A stretch of 64,000 nt of DNA from Botryllus schlosseri (lineage: Eukaryota), in assembly GCA_051294905.1 (NCBI GenBank), contig CM119379.1, positions 19,654,001-19,718,000 of the forward strand, given 5' to 3'. The notes beneath the pieces were generated by a model, which was given only the letters and a program-made list of their open reading frames with translations, was not told the origin of the DNA and ran no database searches. Shown piece by piece: positions 11,520 through 23,800 of the stretch (position 1 is the first letter of the stretch; each line of letters starts with the position of its first letter). A program made the translations under genes and the position numbers.

Positions 11520-11561
11520 TTTGAAATCGGTCCTCAGAGCAAAACAGGTTGCCGACCCCCG
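11520..11561. mobile_element. Orphan hAT right-end fragment
   Basis: Ends GGTTGCCGACCCCCG, like the TIR of the 12942-14500 family; no partner end found. Confidence 0.4.
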
Positions 11562-11715
11562 TTGTAGTCTACTCAGTTTTAATTCGCCCGTGTGAGCGTA
11601 TTTACCCTGTCAATTCACAGATTGTGTACTGCGCAAGTCTCTTACTCGAGCTAAATTTTACTATTATTACTATAGTAGGTTTAGATGGGTTTCTGATTAT
11701 AAATACTATATAGAC

Positions 11716-12020
11716 CAGTGGTTCTCAACCTGGGGGGCGTGAAAGCATCTGAAAGAGCGGGGGGCGCGTAGAAGCGGTCAACTGAAAAAAAATTTGCGCT
11801 CTGCGCGATTTACCTCCAATTCAAGCGTGTTTCTTTATATATAGATCGAATTTCATATTTTTGAATTCTCTCATCAACAGTCATAACCTTCCATGCCATC
11901 AAACAATCTGTTGGGGTTGCTAGCATCCCGGTTGGATTTTGTGATATGACGATAAGGGGGGCGCGAAATTTTTCACTATCATAAAGGGGAGCGTGTCTAA
12001 AAAAAGTTTGTGAACCACTG
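11716..12020 (+). mobile_element. hAT MITE, 305 bp
   Basis: TIRs CAGTGGTTCTCAA / TGTGAACCACTG; perfect TSD ATATAGAC; reverse sister copy at 47944-48237. Confidence 0.92.
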
Positions 12021-12230
12021 ATATAGACCATACTGTTAACCGGATTTCCGGGTACCAGTAGGGGCTCCGTGAACCAGCCTCAGGGGTTCAGTGGAGGTCA
12101 AGACTCACACTCAGCTCATGCATATGCTTTGTGATGACACGTCTTGGCCATCATTGATGGTAGGCGATTAGTCCCCATCACGAAAACGTGTATAGCTTTT
12201 GCTGTACATTGCAACGTTGTGCAGTTAGAG

Positions 12231-12430
12231 CAGTGGTTCCTAACGTATGTGTCAGGACCCCAAATGGGGTGGCGACCATCGTGCATGAGCATATCATTTA
12301 TTTTACAAGTGGAATTGGCTACGCTTTTTACAAATGCCAATTCAAAAGATATTCAAGATGTCGCGGCACTGACGTTGCTGGCCTGTGCTCAATATCCATA
12401 GTAGCGCAATGCAGGGGTTGGGAACCACTG
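12231..12430. mobile_element. hAT MITE, 200 bp
   Basis: TIRs CAGTGGTTCCTAAC / GTTGGGAACCACTG; TSD only 5/8 (AGTTAGAG / ACTCATAG). Confidence 0.7.
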
Positions 12431-12941
12431 ACTCATAGGTTGGAATCCTCTGGCCTAGTTATTTGTATTAGAGTAGACGCTTTTGTAAATGAAGGCATGC
12501 CGTAAGTTACGCCGGGAAGGTAGTTTTCATCAAAGACAGCACAATGCATACATAGTTGCACAGACTGTGCTCTATGCAAAGATCGTAACACCTAATAAGC
12601 GAGAAGTGTCAGCCATCGCACAGAGTATGCCGTAGTATGGCTAAAGATTTTAAAGGAACGATATAAATGCACTGTTATCGAACTTGACGTGTAGGAAACT
12701 GAGGTAATTGGTCATGGAGTAGGTCTTAATTAAACAAATGCGTCGGCCGTGAACCAAAACGATTCGAAACCACTGTATTAAATGAATCATTCATTGATGG
12801 GGATCTCAAACTTGCACATCAGTAATTCAGTATGCATACGTTATTTACATTAAAATACTCGTTAGGTGGCGAATAAGAGTCAAAACTAGCCGGAGGAATG
12901 AACGATAAACCCTTTTTCGATTTGGTCAGCTGTAGACTGTA

Positions 12942-14500
12942 GAGGGGTCGGCAACCTTTTGCTAGTCGCGGGCCAAATTTCGGGTGTACAACCTTTTGGC
13001 GGGCCGGATTTTTTCTTAGTACTATATTTTACGCTCACTTCGGTATATCATCCTACATTACTGCAATCTCAATCATACCAATCCGAAGACACATGTATTT
13101 ACACTTCAATGACAGAGAATAATTGTGACAATTGACGCAGCTTGCTTTGTGAAAGGTTTTCTACTTCTGGTAACAAGTCAGATGAAACAAGAATCAGACC
13201 CTATTCAAACTGGACGTCCGAAATACGTGATCTTAGCTTGCTCTTCGTGAATTTCATTGTTCAAAACTATTGTTCGCATGCGTACGTGCTTCCAAAAATC
13301 GATGCAATTTCTTTTGCATTGCTAGCCAAGCTGGGATAAAGACCAATTTCAAGAACATAATCGTTGTCAAAGTCATGCAGCGATATGCTCTTTGTATGAA
13401 ATTTGTCATTCAATTCAACTGCATCGCATTTCAGAAAGGCCCATTTGAAATTTTCAGGCAATGGTATTGGCGTCCACATTAAACAGAGTACTGAATAGTC
13501 AGAATTCATTTTGTAGAGAAGGAATGTCGGAAAAGCGGGTGAATATTCAGTAGTTAAATTTCGTATCACAGTTACAAATGTAGTGTTGGTACTAGGTTTT
13601 CTCTCCTCTAGTATAGGAAAGTGAGCATAATTTTCTTTGTACTGTTGACATATCCAGAGTCAGAGATTTGTTTTGAATGCGCCTCAATATCTCATGTATG
13701 ATGCTGTTTTCCTCTGAAGCTGCAAGTTCAATTTGTTCAGATGTGACGTTAAATGCATCTGGAAAGCAAGATGAGTTACCCATTTTCGATTACAAGATTA
13801 TGGAAAGTTGCTATTTCATTTCTCAGTTCATACACTCGTGTAAGCATAGCTGCTCGACTCAATGAGCGAACATGACAGATATATAGGCCTACATGACATC
13901 GCCATATTGATTCTCTGCTTCTAGTAATATCTGGCGTAACTGATTCAGTTGATGAGACAAAAATCATAGTTACAGTTTTCACCATTGTGGCCAAAACACT
14001 ATTCAGGTTTTTTGTCTTGGCACACAATGCCTTCTGGAAAACCAAACTATAGACAGGCTAACTAACATACGGAGGCTAGTTATCTATAATTGAATATTTT
14101 GAGATTCCGTCATTGCGTCTGAGATGCTCCAAGCGTTTCTGAAGCAAAGGAAGAACACCTTTATTGTCACACCCGATAGAGTGATTAACCCTTTAAAAAA
14201 GCATGGAACACCTTCGGTTGCGAGATAACCCCGATTGATAAGCACTGATCCAGTCTAGTCTATCTCCATCTCCTGCTTCAACCACCTTCGTTTTATGGCG
14301 TAACAATAGACGAATACGATGTAGGCTGCTATTATATCGTAGCAATGCCGCATTTTTTTCATGCAGCGCTGCACTGCAGATTGAAACTCATTATGAAGCG
14401 GCGGGCCGTATTCTTGTGATAACTAATTATTACGTCGCGGGCCGGACGATTTCGCTTGGCGGGCCGGATCCGGCCCGCGGGCCGTAGGTTGCCGACCCTT
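12942..14500 (-). mobile_element. Deleted hAT (Buster/Charlie/SPIN-like) transposon carrying transposase remnants
   Basis: Ends GAGGGGTCGGCAACC / GGTTGCCGACCCTT; TSD AGACTGTA / AGAGTGTA (7/8); subterminal GCGGGCCG motifs. Confidence 0.85.
13120..14050 (-). pseudogene. hAT transposase pseudogene, GTF2IRD2/SPIN-like, including the C-terminal dimerisation region
   Basis: QKALCAKTKNLNSVLATMVKTV (the segment following the CxxH motif) and YPSLASNAKEIASIFGSTYACEQ*F*TMKFTKSKLRSRISD (hATC-type C-terminus), with stops and frameshifts. Confidence 0.8.
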
Positions 14501-15989
14501 AGAGTGTAGAGTTATATAATTTATCAATTTTCAGCTGTCGGATGGTGCTGTCATATCCAAAATGAATTCGGGCATAAGGTGCGATACATGGTGGAGTTGT
14601 GCGAGTTGGATGAATTGGCGACTTGAGAAAATATCTTGTCATTCAACGAATGTTGTATTGCGTACTATATTTCTGTTCATAAAAAATATAGTATTAGTAA
14701 CGGGGTATAAACATTAATAACAAACACTACAGATCATTTGATACAGTTATATGACTTCTAACAGTGATTGCCGACTTGCGAGTTGTGACTGCTTGCATAC
14801 AGACACATAAAAACTTGGATTTACCGTATATATATATACAACACAATTATAAATACCTAAAAGAATAGACTTTGCAAGAATCCGTGACGGATTTTCCGAT
14901 AAGGTCATACCGCTAGATACGTGCATATCAAAACATGTTAACCATAATCAGATGAGGTGGGTTTATCATATTGGCGTATCCCTGCGTGGTGTTGGTTTTA
15001 CCGAGTTCCGATTATCTCCGAAGGTCTTGTTACAGCAAAGATTAGTCAAACACGAAGCAAAGTGTTCTTCGGCTTTTCAAAAGCAGGACTAATACCGAAA
15101 ATTCACCGCAGTTCATCTATCACGAGCGGCCTAAATGGCCGCTCGCAAATTATGTAGTTCCGGAGCACGAAACGTTTTTGTGTCTACTAGCAAGTCTTAA
15201 CTCAACTGTCAACATCGTGATAACCCCCTGGAAAAACAAAGCGAACAGATCGACCACTGTTTGCGCAATCTAGATTGAGAGATGACAAGCTAGCGCACAA
15301 AGTGGGGGTGCAGACAAAATTGATGACAGCTAGCATTCCGCCGATAACGAGCCGCTATTAGAGAATTCATTCAACCATCCTTCAAAACATCGCTAAAAGT
15401 GATAAGGTATAAATTAAACATGCCACAGTATTGTGGAAGTTCAAGCCACTTACCGAAATACTGCCGCGATGCTGAATACTGTGGCGGTGTCTTCGAAAAG
15501 GTGCGCACTAAGGACTTTTCCGTCACATTTGTATAGCGTCTACGAAACGCGCAATGACAGCGATACCGCAAACCGGGTCGTCTAAGCGTTAGTCAGTACA
15601 ATGTTGACGAATTCTGTGATACAACGCGCGAATGCTTCGCTGTTTTGCGTCTGGGAATTCGATTAGTCCGCACAGAGAAAATTTAGTACTTGCTGAAATT
15701 AGAGATTGAGCTATATGAAACAGTACATTTTCTTTTATGTGAGATGGGGTAAATAAAAGAATCGTTTGATATATATCTCTGGATGGCGACGTGTAGAGAT
15801 GACGAATGATCGAAACCTGGAAGATGAAAAGGAATTCGATTTTTGCAATATTATATATAGATTGAATTTATTTGTATTGAAATTTTAAAGCAATAAATTA
15901 TGGCGAAAGGCCGAAAAATAAAAAATTTGGTAATTTCGCGCAGACGACGACTAATTCATTTTCTATGTTTCTCTAACTCTGGCTTCTCT

Positions 15990-17440
15990 TCATTAAACGC
16001 ACACAACTTTCGCCGATAATTAAGAAATTCACGCTGGCAAGCAACTTGGAGATGAACGAAATAAATACCAAAGGAATATAATTCGGAACAGACGGCAGTG
16101 CACTATACTCTACGTTGAAATGGGTTTAATTACAAAATAAATGTCATGGGAGTATCAATAACGAAAGCGAGAAACATACAGCAATGGCGCATGATCTACG
16201 AGGACGCGGCAAAAATAGGCAGAAAAAATGAGAGATCTGAAACTAAGAATCGACGATAAGGTAATTGTTTTCCGAGCGAAAATATTCCCCAAATTTCTGT
16301 ATCTAGGTACAATTGAACTAATGCCGCGCTAGACAAGAAGTAATCTGAGGCAACTAATCATGAAGACGCTTTTCGATAACTGCGCCAGAGTTGAATATGA
16401 CACGATCGTCAAGGACAAGATCGCAGGCAGACTTGGCCTCTTAGACATCCCAACTAAGCTTGACCTGCAGTTCATAAAACCGGCGATCAAGTTTTCGAAA
16501 AAATCAAAGAGCGACAACAACGACTGGACAAGAAGGGTAGACCGGGGCCTACGATAACTTAAGTTATCGTAGGCCCCGGGTAGACCAACAAATTGCAATT
16601 ATCTTTTCAAAGTTCTTAAATTACAGATTGAACAATTTGAGACCGCACGCCTTCGAGCCGCTGCAACATTGGAAATCGATGCTGCAAGTTATAGAAAACT
16701 ACCAAATAACGAAAGAGGAGATACAAAAAGAAAGTCTCAGAGCAATTTACAAGAAGGTAATTTCTCGAAGAAAAAGCCAAGATCCAGCACTCATTTGGGT
16801 CAACTGGAAATATGTAAACAGCAACACGCAGAACGAAACTTCAATTGGCAAGTCGGGCACAACACCTTGTACACAAAAGACAGGATGTACGAAAGACTTG
16901 GCACGCACAGCTCGGCATGTGAATTCTGCAATACAGGTATGGAAAATATCAGACACCTCTTTGTCAGAGGTCAATTAAAGTCACCAAAGCAATTATATCC
17001 CGACTACTGCAAGCCTGGGATAAAGCAGCAAATGAATCTTCAACGCATCCTTCAGAAAAGCTAATCGTAGGTCTGAATCTGCCTGACAGTCCCGAAGAAG
17101 ATGCACTGCTTCAAATAATTACAATTTTCAAGCAAGCGGTATGGAGAATGCGAAAATCGTGTGTCCGAGGGAGTCCAGCCGAGTGTCCTCTGGCTGGAGA
17201 AGTCCATCAGCTTACTAATACAGAACAAAATCAACCAACAGAGAGATATACTCGGGCCGATCACAACAGAGACACTGACACAAACAAAACGAGCTTTTCG
17301 AGAACGAACCTAACTACGACTATACTTCGATGACAACTCGACGACAGCAGTAATAACAACGTTCAAAAATTTTACGCATGTTTTCTGATCTATCTTAGTT
17401 CTGAACCGTCATTTTCATGAAATTTTAATAAACAAAAGAT
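15990..17440 (+). mobile_element. Decayed 3' part of an L1/Tx1-like non-LTR retrotransposon (copy 1)
   Basis: Post-RT motifs RVEYDTIVKDKIAGRLGLLDIPTK and zinc knuckle ACEFCNTGMENIRHLF; multiple stops and frameshifts. Boundaries approximate. Confidence 0.75.
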
Positions 17441-17919
17441 GCCTTTTACCAAAGTTTTCCGTGGAAAGGAGCGCTCAATGAGTCTTTAGAATTTTTCTCG
17501 CCCAGGTGTTCCTGGGCTCACTGCGCCTTGATATGATTTCTGTTGTGCTGCAGTCAGGGTGATTCGTATAGCACCCGGTACTAGCCCTGTATGGTGAAGA
17601 CCAGTAGTGCCACTCTTAGTTTTTTGCATTCGATTAAGCGTATTTCTACCTGACCTAGTGTTCTAGTGCGTATTTTATCAAAATTCTGCTAATCTAGTAA
17701 TTTTTCATGCTTTACATAATCTATACTTCAAGGAATAGTAATTATTATATGTCCGTTCACACTTGCTCATTTAGCACAAAAACAAACCGCCTGAGACCGG
17801 TTTTTAATTCCCAAAAGGGAACCGCTGACAAAAGCGAATATGGTAACTTGCCCAAATTGCTTGGGTCAATTCAAGAATGGTTGCATATTCTGCGCAGCCC
17901 TGTGATATACACTCAGTTC

Positions 17920-19309
17920 CAGGGTTGCCATCGACATGTTTCCAAATATAAGGACAGTCGAGAGATTATATTAGCATGAAAAAGCGTTTTTGTACATAGT
18001 TTGTATTTATACGAGCCGTGGCATATCACATTCCATACTTTTCGCCAGAAACAATCTGCTCCAGCAACTCCTTGTTATTAGATAGTGCTTCATGGATCTC
18101 ACGACAGCTCAGGTCTAGGTTCACCTTTACTCAGGGCCGAAACAGCACTTCGTCAGCCAACCCCCCAAAAAACGTTGGTCTTGGGCCTCTCCATAGGGTG
18201 ATAAACCAAACTTCTTCACCTCGTTGTGATTAGAGGCGTCAACCAAGATGGAAAAACGCCGTACACCAAGTTCGGACAAAATCATTTTTTGAGCGTATGG
18301 AGCGAGAACTCCACTAACAATGCTTGTAGTCTTGGTCCTGGCCGAAGAAAACTTCTTTGCGATGTTGGAATCGGGGAAGGTTGCTTTGAACAATTGCGAT
18401 GTGCAATCGTTGGTGAGGAATGATTGCTGGTGTTTGACAGCATGGAATACCCAGATACCCTCAGCAGCTGCTGCCTTGTAGTCTGTGGTCGTTGGTGCTG
18501 ATCGACTTGTGGAAAAATTATTCATCGACTGGCTCAAATTAATCATTATGACACACTTCTTGTGTTTTGGGGTATCAATGTGAGTTGAAATAGCGGTCTT
18601 TGCTATGGCCTCCAGGTTACTGTCACAATTGCAGATATTGCAATGCGCGGAACACTCGCCATTCAAGCTTCGTTAGATACCTTTGAATTCTCTCTGATAA
18701 TAATCGTCACGAAAAACGTTTTGACGCCTGCTCATTTTAACTAATCAGATTTAGCCTTATTAGTAGCTAAAACTATATGCACAAGAGCAGTATAATTTAG
18801 ATAAATGTATCAATGAATTATAGCATTACTACTTTTTAACCAATGTGTCGACTGCACTGCGCCTTTTTTCACTACGCAATAAATGCTGCCTTCCACACAG
18901 CTTGAGCTCATTCTGCTGTAGACCAAACAGCATGGAACCTGGTACTGGTGTTTACTGCTAAAATGACGTCCGCTGCGGTAGCTTGGTACAGACGAAACTG
19001 CTATACTACCACTCACTGCCCTAACTATCTCAACACTTGGAAGACAAATCTTGTGGTGTGCACGTCACGAGAGTTCCTTTCATTTATGATGTCATAAAAT
19101 CTCAACGCAAAAGCTTAAATGAGAATATTATGCAACACAGATACCAGAGGAAAACGATCGAAGTTCGGTAGTGGTTGAAAATATGACAAAATAAGGACGC
19201 AAGTCGAAAATAAGGACATTTCTTAGAAATAAGGACAGTTGAGTTTTCTAAGACGTGGCCCTTCAAAATAAGGACAAACTTTAGAAATCAGGACGGTATG
19301 GCAACCCGG
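17920..19309 (-). mobile_element. Internally deleted hAT transposon
   Basis: Ends CAGGGTTGCCA / TGGCAACCCGG with repeated AAATAAGGAC subterminal motifs at 19190-19295; no TSD recognisable. Confidence 0.7.
18026..18735 (-). pseudogene. hAT transposase pseudogene: N-terminal part fused to the extreme C-terminus
   Basis: MSRRQNVF...G I*...CNICNC...HIDTPKHKK (zinc-finger-like), KHQQSFLTNDC...FPDSNIAKKFSSARTK...FSILVDASN, then after a deletion/frameshift VKVNLDLSCREIHEALSNNKELLEQIVSGEKYGM*. Confidence 0.85.
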
Positions 19310-19859
19310 TATATATCCCTGGTGTTGCCAAGGATGTAAATGTCTTGGGGTACAATATATGAATTGAAAAATGATGTGACGTCATAATGTTGAAGTCTAA
19401 TTTTGTATGAACATTCTTGCTTGCCTATAGTGATTTGGCTCCGATGTTTTTGATTTATTAAAATGTCCCTGTGTAGCTTTTTTCATCCGTTGACTGCGGA
19501 AAAGCTGGAAAACCACTCATTGATACGTGAATATATGACGCTCCGCCACGCATTGGATCGAATGTAGTGGATAGTATTTAAATTCGCGAGAATCCGTTTT
19601 AGTTTAGAGCCGAAAAAAATTTGAATTTACTATGGGAGAAATAAATAATTATCAATAATGTCTGATGAGAAAAAGATTGCAGAAAACGTGATGAATTTGC
19701 CATTTCTTTAGTCTTCTCGTAACTTCATTGGTGTTAATCAATACATCTCCATCTTATTTTATGATTTATGCAATAGATTTGCCCTCAATTTCAAAAGTAG
19801 GAATTTTTCGTCGAGCTAGTATTTTTAGTTGGTAAATCTAGTGTTTTTTCACGAACCTC

Positions 19860-20150
19860 GAGTGGGGGCACTGGTGATGACACAATACACAATTATTTAT
19901 ACGAGTATCTGTGCTGCTGCGCCGGAGCAAAGTCGGTGACCCATTACATCTTCTCAACAACGAAGAAATGCGTGCCAGCAATTTTGCGAAGGGTCAAGCA
20001 GTGATGACTGGCCTTGATACCACAGAGGTAGAAAGAGTGGAGTAGAACGCGGGCTTTTTGATGAAAACGACTGCTGCCAAAAAGGTATCCACACCTTTGA
20101 TTTGAGACCACATAATATTCAGAGTTCAGTGACCATTACGTCGCATTGTG
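19860..20150 (+). repeat. Duplicated segment X1, homologous to 21560-21960
   Basis: Identical 23-mer CAACAACGAAGAAATGCGTGCCA at 19955-19977 and 21659-21681, with colinear similarity on both sides. Confidence 0.8.
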
Positions 20151-20159
20151 CATCGCAAT

Positions 20160-21400
20160 CATCAAGAAATTCACGAGGGTAAATGACCTGGAGATGAACG
20201 AGGAAAATATGAAAAGGTTACAATTCGGAGAAGACAACAACACACCAGGATCTACCTTTAGGTGGGTTGATAAAATAAAAATCATGGGGATTTCCATAAC
20301 CAAAGGTAAAGACGTAACACAATGAAGATCAGTCTATGAGGACGCCGCTGAAATATGCAGAAAAACCAAAGACCCGAAGCTGAGAATTGACGTTAAAAAG
20401 TCATTATGTTTCGAACAAAAATACTTCTCAATGAAAGTTGTCTAGGCACCATTGAACCGGGGCCGCGCGAGACAAGAAGCAAGCTAAAAAAAACACTAAT
20501 GATCAAGACGCTGTTTGACAATTACCAAAGAGTCGGATATGATACAATCGTCCGAGAGAAAAACCCGGGCGGACTCGGCCTCCTCAAAATTCCAGCAAAG
20601 CTCGGTATGTTGTAAAGCCGCGATCCAATTCCTTTAAGATCCAAAGACCAACAAAAAACGACTGGACAAGAAGGGTAGACCAAAAATTGCAATAACCTTT
20701 TCGAAAACCTTGAATCGCAGAATGAACAACGCCAGACCGCCCTCGAACCGCAGCAACATTGGAAAGTAATTCTCCAAAGACTTGAGATCTATCAAATAAC
20801 GAATGAGGAAATACAAAAAGAAAAGTAATAGCTCGAAGAAGAACCGAAACCCCAGCACCAAACTGGGTGAACTGGAAGAACGTAAATTGTAAAACATTGT
20901 TGGCTGTAGAACGAAATGTCAGCTGGGAGGTCGGGCACAACACTCTGTACACACTGTACACAAATGTTAGGATGTATATACGAACGACTTTGGGCACACA
21001 CTGCTCGACATGCGAACTCTACAACAGTGGGATTGAAGACAGTAGGCACTTATTTGTGAGATGCTGAATCATAGGACCAATTATCTCCTGACTGGTAAGC
21101 AAGTGGGACTCGGCGACGAACAGAACAGCCACGCAGCTCTCGGAAAAGCTAAGCACAGGGCTGAACCTGCCCGACAGTCCTAAAGCATATGCCTTGCTGC
21201 AGATAAAAACATCACGGATATATAGAATTTTGAGAACAACCTAACTCTTATTCCACATATATCGATGAAAATACTGGCGGCAACCGGAATAAAATTATGG
21301 AAAAATGTATTTTAATTTAAAATATCTATTTGTATATTATATAATGTTTTTGCGGTCAATGGCCCGAAAAAATCAATTTTGCACGATTTAATTTCATGAT
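20160..21400 (+). mobile_element. Decayed 3' part of an L1/Tx1-like LINE (copy 2)
   Basis: RVGYDTIVREKNPGGLGLLKIPAK and CSTCELYNSGIEDSRHLFVRC; colinear with 15990-17440. Confidence 0.78.
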
Positions 21401-21409
21401 GACGCATAC

Positions 21410-21960
21410 TCTTCTCTAAAATTTTCAGTGGATAGGAGTGTTCCATGAGTCTTTGAAAGTTTCTTGAATAGTTGCACCCGGGCTCATTACACCTTGATCT
21501 AATTGCGGGGGTGCTAGTGTCAGAAACATTTGTACAAAACCGGTGGCATACAACTCACCCAGTATGGTGATTACACAATGCATCTATATAGGCCGATGAG
21601 AGTCTGTGCTGCTGCATCATGTCGGAGAAAAGTGGGTACCGCATCACATCTTTCTTTTCAACAACGAAGAAATGCGTGCCAATCATTTTGCAAAGGGTTA
21701 AGAAACAATGACGTATGACCTCGATACCACAGAAATAGAAAGAGTGGAATAGAACGCGTTATTTCTGACGAAAATGACTACTGCCAAATAATTGTTAACA
21801 CCTCCGACTTTAATTTGAGACCACATGATATTCAGAGCGCAGTGTCCCGTGAATAAAAGCAGCAGGCAGAGATGGTTTTGATAGATCGTATTAGAGCGTT
21901 TCGACATTCTCCTATATCTGTCCATTACATCGCATTGTGTCTTGCTAAGCAAATGGTGAA
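21410..21960 (+). repeat. Segments Y2+X2 following LINE copy 2, possibly the 5' end of a further element
   Basis: 21426-21454 matches 17459-17487 (GTGGA.AGGAG.G.TC.ATGAGTCTTT) and runs directly into the X-homologous sequence. Confidence 0.65.
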
Positions 21961-21965
21961 TTGTT

Positions 21966-23659
21966 GGGATATTTGCATTTGAATCAAGAGGCTTTTAAAA
22001 CACTTTGTTTAAACATGTGTTTCAGGGGTCTCCAACAGGCGGCCCGCGGGCCGCATGCGGCCCGCGAGGTCCTATTTTGCGGCCCGCGACCTGATTTGAA
22101 AAAAATTCAGAAAAACGCTTAGTAAATCATGTTGAAACGCTAAAATTGATTTCAGTTGAAACATAATGTTGTTGTTTTTCAAAGTGAGCCATTCTATGTG
22201 CCCACTATCACTATTACTCACTAGTTGATACGGCTTCGGCATGGTAATATCATTCCATGGATGAAGAATTTGCTGGTACGAATGGGCATATTGCCTTGAC
22301 GTGCAATGGCCCACCACTGCCAAGACCGAGACGCCTGCAAAACGACTTCGGGCGCTTCAAAAGACCATGCTTTACGAGGAGATAGTTGTCTAGCAAGTAG
22401 GCCTACCGTGTATAGCTAACCCCAATATTGATTCTTCAATCCATGGGTGGCCAATCTGCAGCAGTAGAAGGAAAATTATGCGGCTGTCGACACTTGTAAT
22501 AACAACCCTAAGTTTTCACAGATACCCCCTGCATCAGCTGTATCTGGGAATCTGATCACATTGGCCGAGAAAGGATAAATATTTCATAGTAATATGTGAA
22601 ACTATACTAATATTTATTGACGAAATTCACTCATGAACATGAAAAATTTTTCGCGCTTCGCGCGACTACAGATTGTTTCTCTGTGGCTCTTTACAACATA
22701 ACTACTAACGATTTGGTGCGCATAGTAAGCCGATATGTGCATATAGATTAGTTCGGAGTGTACCGGCAATGGACATGATAACGTGGGTATTTGGCCCCAG
22801 TTAGTTTATCACGACTAACCACCGGTATGCGGCCGCAGGCTACATGAGTACGCGAAATGCGGCCGTGAATTACAAAAATGTTGGCCACCCCTGTTTTAGC
22901 GGCTAAAGAGTGTTGTCATTGTCAGGTATCGTGTACAGCTCATAGTCCAAAATATAATGACATTGATGATCATGATACTTTTTGTTGTATTTGTGTTTGT
23001 TCAATAAAATATTAGTTCTTTTGTGGTGACTATAACCGTCGCCTATGTTAGAAAGCACAGCGTTGTAATAACGTAGAGTTATCAGACGTGGTTGTTGAAC
23101 TGCGTTGCCTACTTTTATATCGATATTGATGTCATGCGGCCCGCGGCCTCCAGGAATTTGGAAAAGTGGCCCGCGACCTATTTTGAGTTGGCGACCCCTG
23201 TGTTAAATAGTGTTTTAAACAAATGCCATAACACAATGTTTTTTTCGAAAGTTATATAATTATGTCATAGTTGTGTGTATACTTGCGAAAAACATATATT
23301 ATGAGCCTTCGAAATCGTTGACGCTTCAACATAGTTATAGCGTGTAGTTAAAAATCACTGTAACGGAATGTTCTGATGATGATGATCACCGATCGTAAAA
23401 TGCAACATGACGATGTATAGTCCTGGTCAAACATATTTTTGGACCATTTAAGGCTGGGGTAGGAAACCTTTTCGTCAAAGGAGTCATATTGACCCTGTAT
23501 TTTCAATTGTAATTCTCAAGGAGACAGATAGCGATGCCAATCCACTGAGACGTCATAATTGATGAAGATTAGTGACGTCACGCATAAAAAAAACATTTAA
23601 AAAGGCATGTTTTGAACAAGGGCCATATTTTTACGGTGTTTCTTTTACATGCAACCCTA
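21966..23659 (+). mobile_element. MITE family A copy 3 (long variant) interrupted by H2 copy 2
   Basis: Degenerate GCATTT.AA.C start; A-type internal blocks resume after 23200; ends ATGCAACCCTA at 23659. Confidence 0.7.
22023..23200 (+). mobile_element. Composite hAT family H2 copy 2, with the nested MITE at 22442-22893
   Basis: TIRs CAGGGGTCTCCAAC / GTTGGCGACCCCTG; colinear with 6770-8067 including the internal TTGGCCACCCCTG end; TSD not preserved. Confidence 0.88.
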
Positions 23660-23689
23660 ATTGTTGGTCTTGGGAAGACAAAAATACTG

Positions 23690-23800
23690 GCGCCGATGGT
23701 TGATGGTTTACCGTGGTGCTGTAAAGTAACGCAGCACCCGAATGTCATAAGTTCGAAGCCATCATTCCGTATATGTTAAGAGCGCATTTGTCTTCCAGGA
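23690..23800 (+). mobile_element. Possible tRNA-derived SINE head (different family)
   Basis: A-box-like TGGTTGATGG and B-box-like AAGTTCGAAGCC; no cloverleaf; single degraded copy. Confidence 0.3.
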
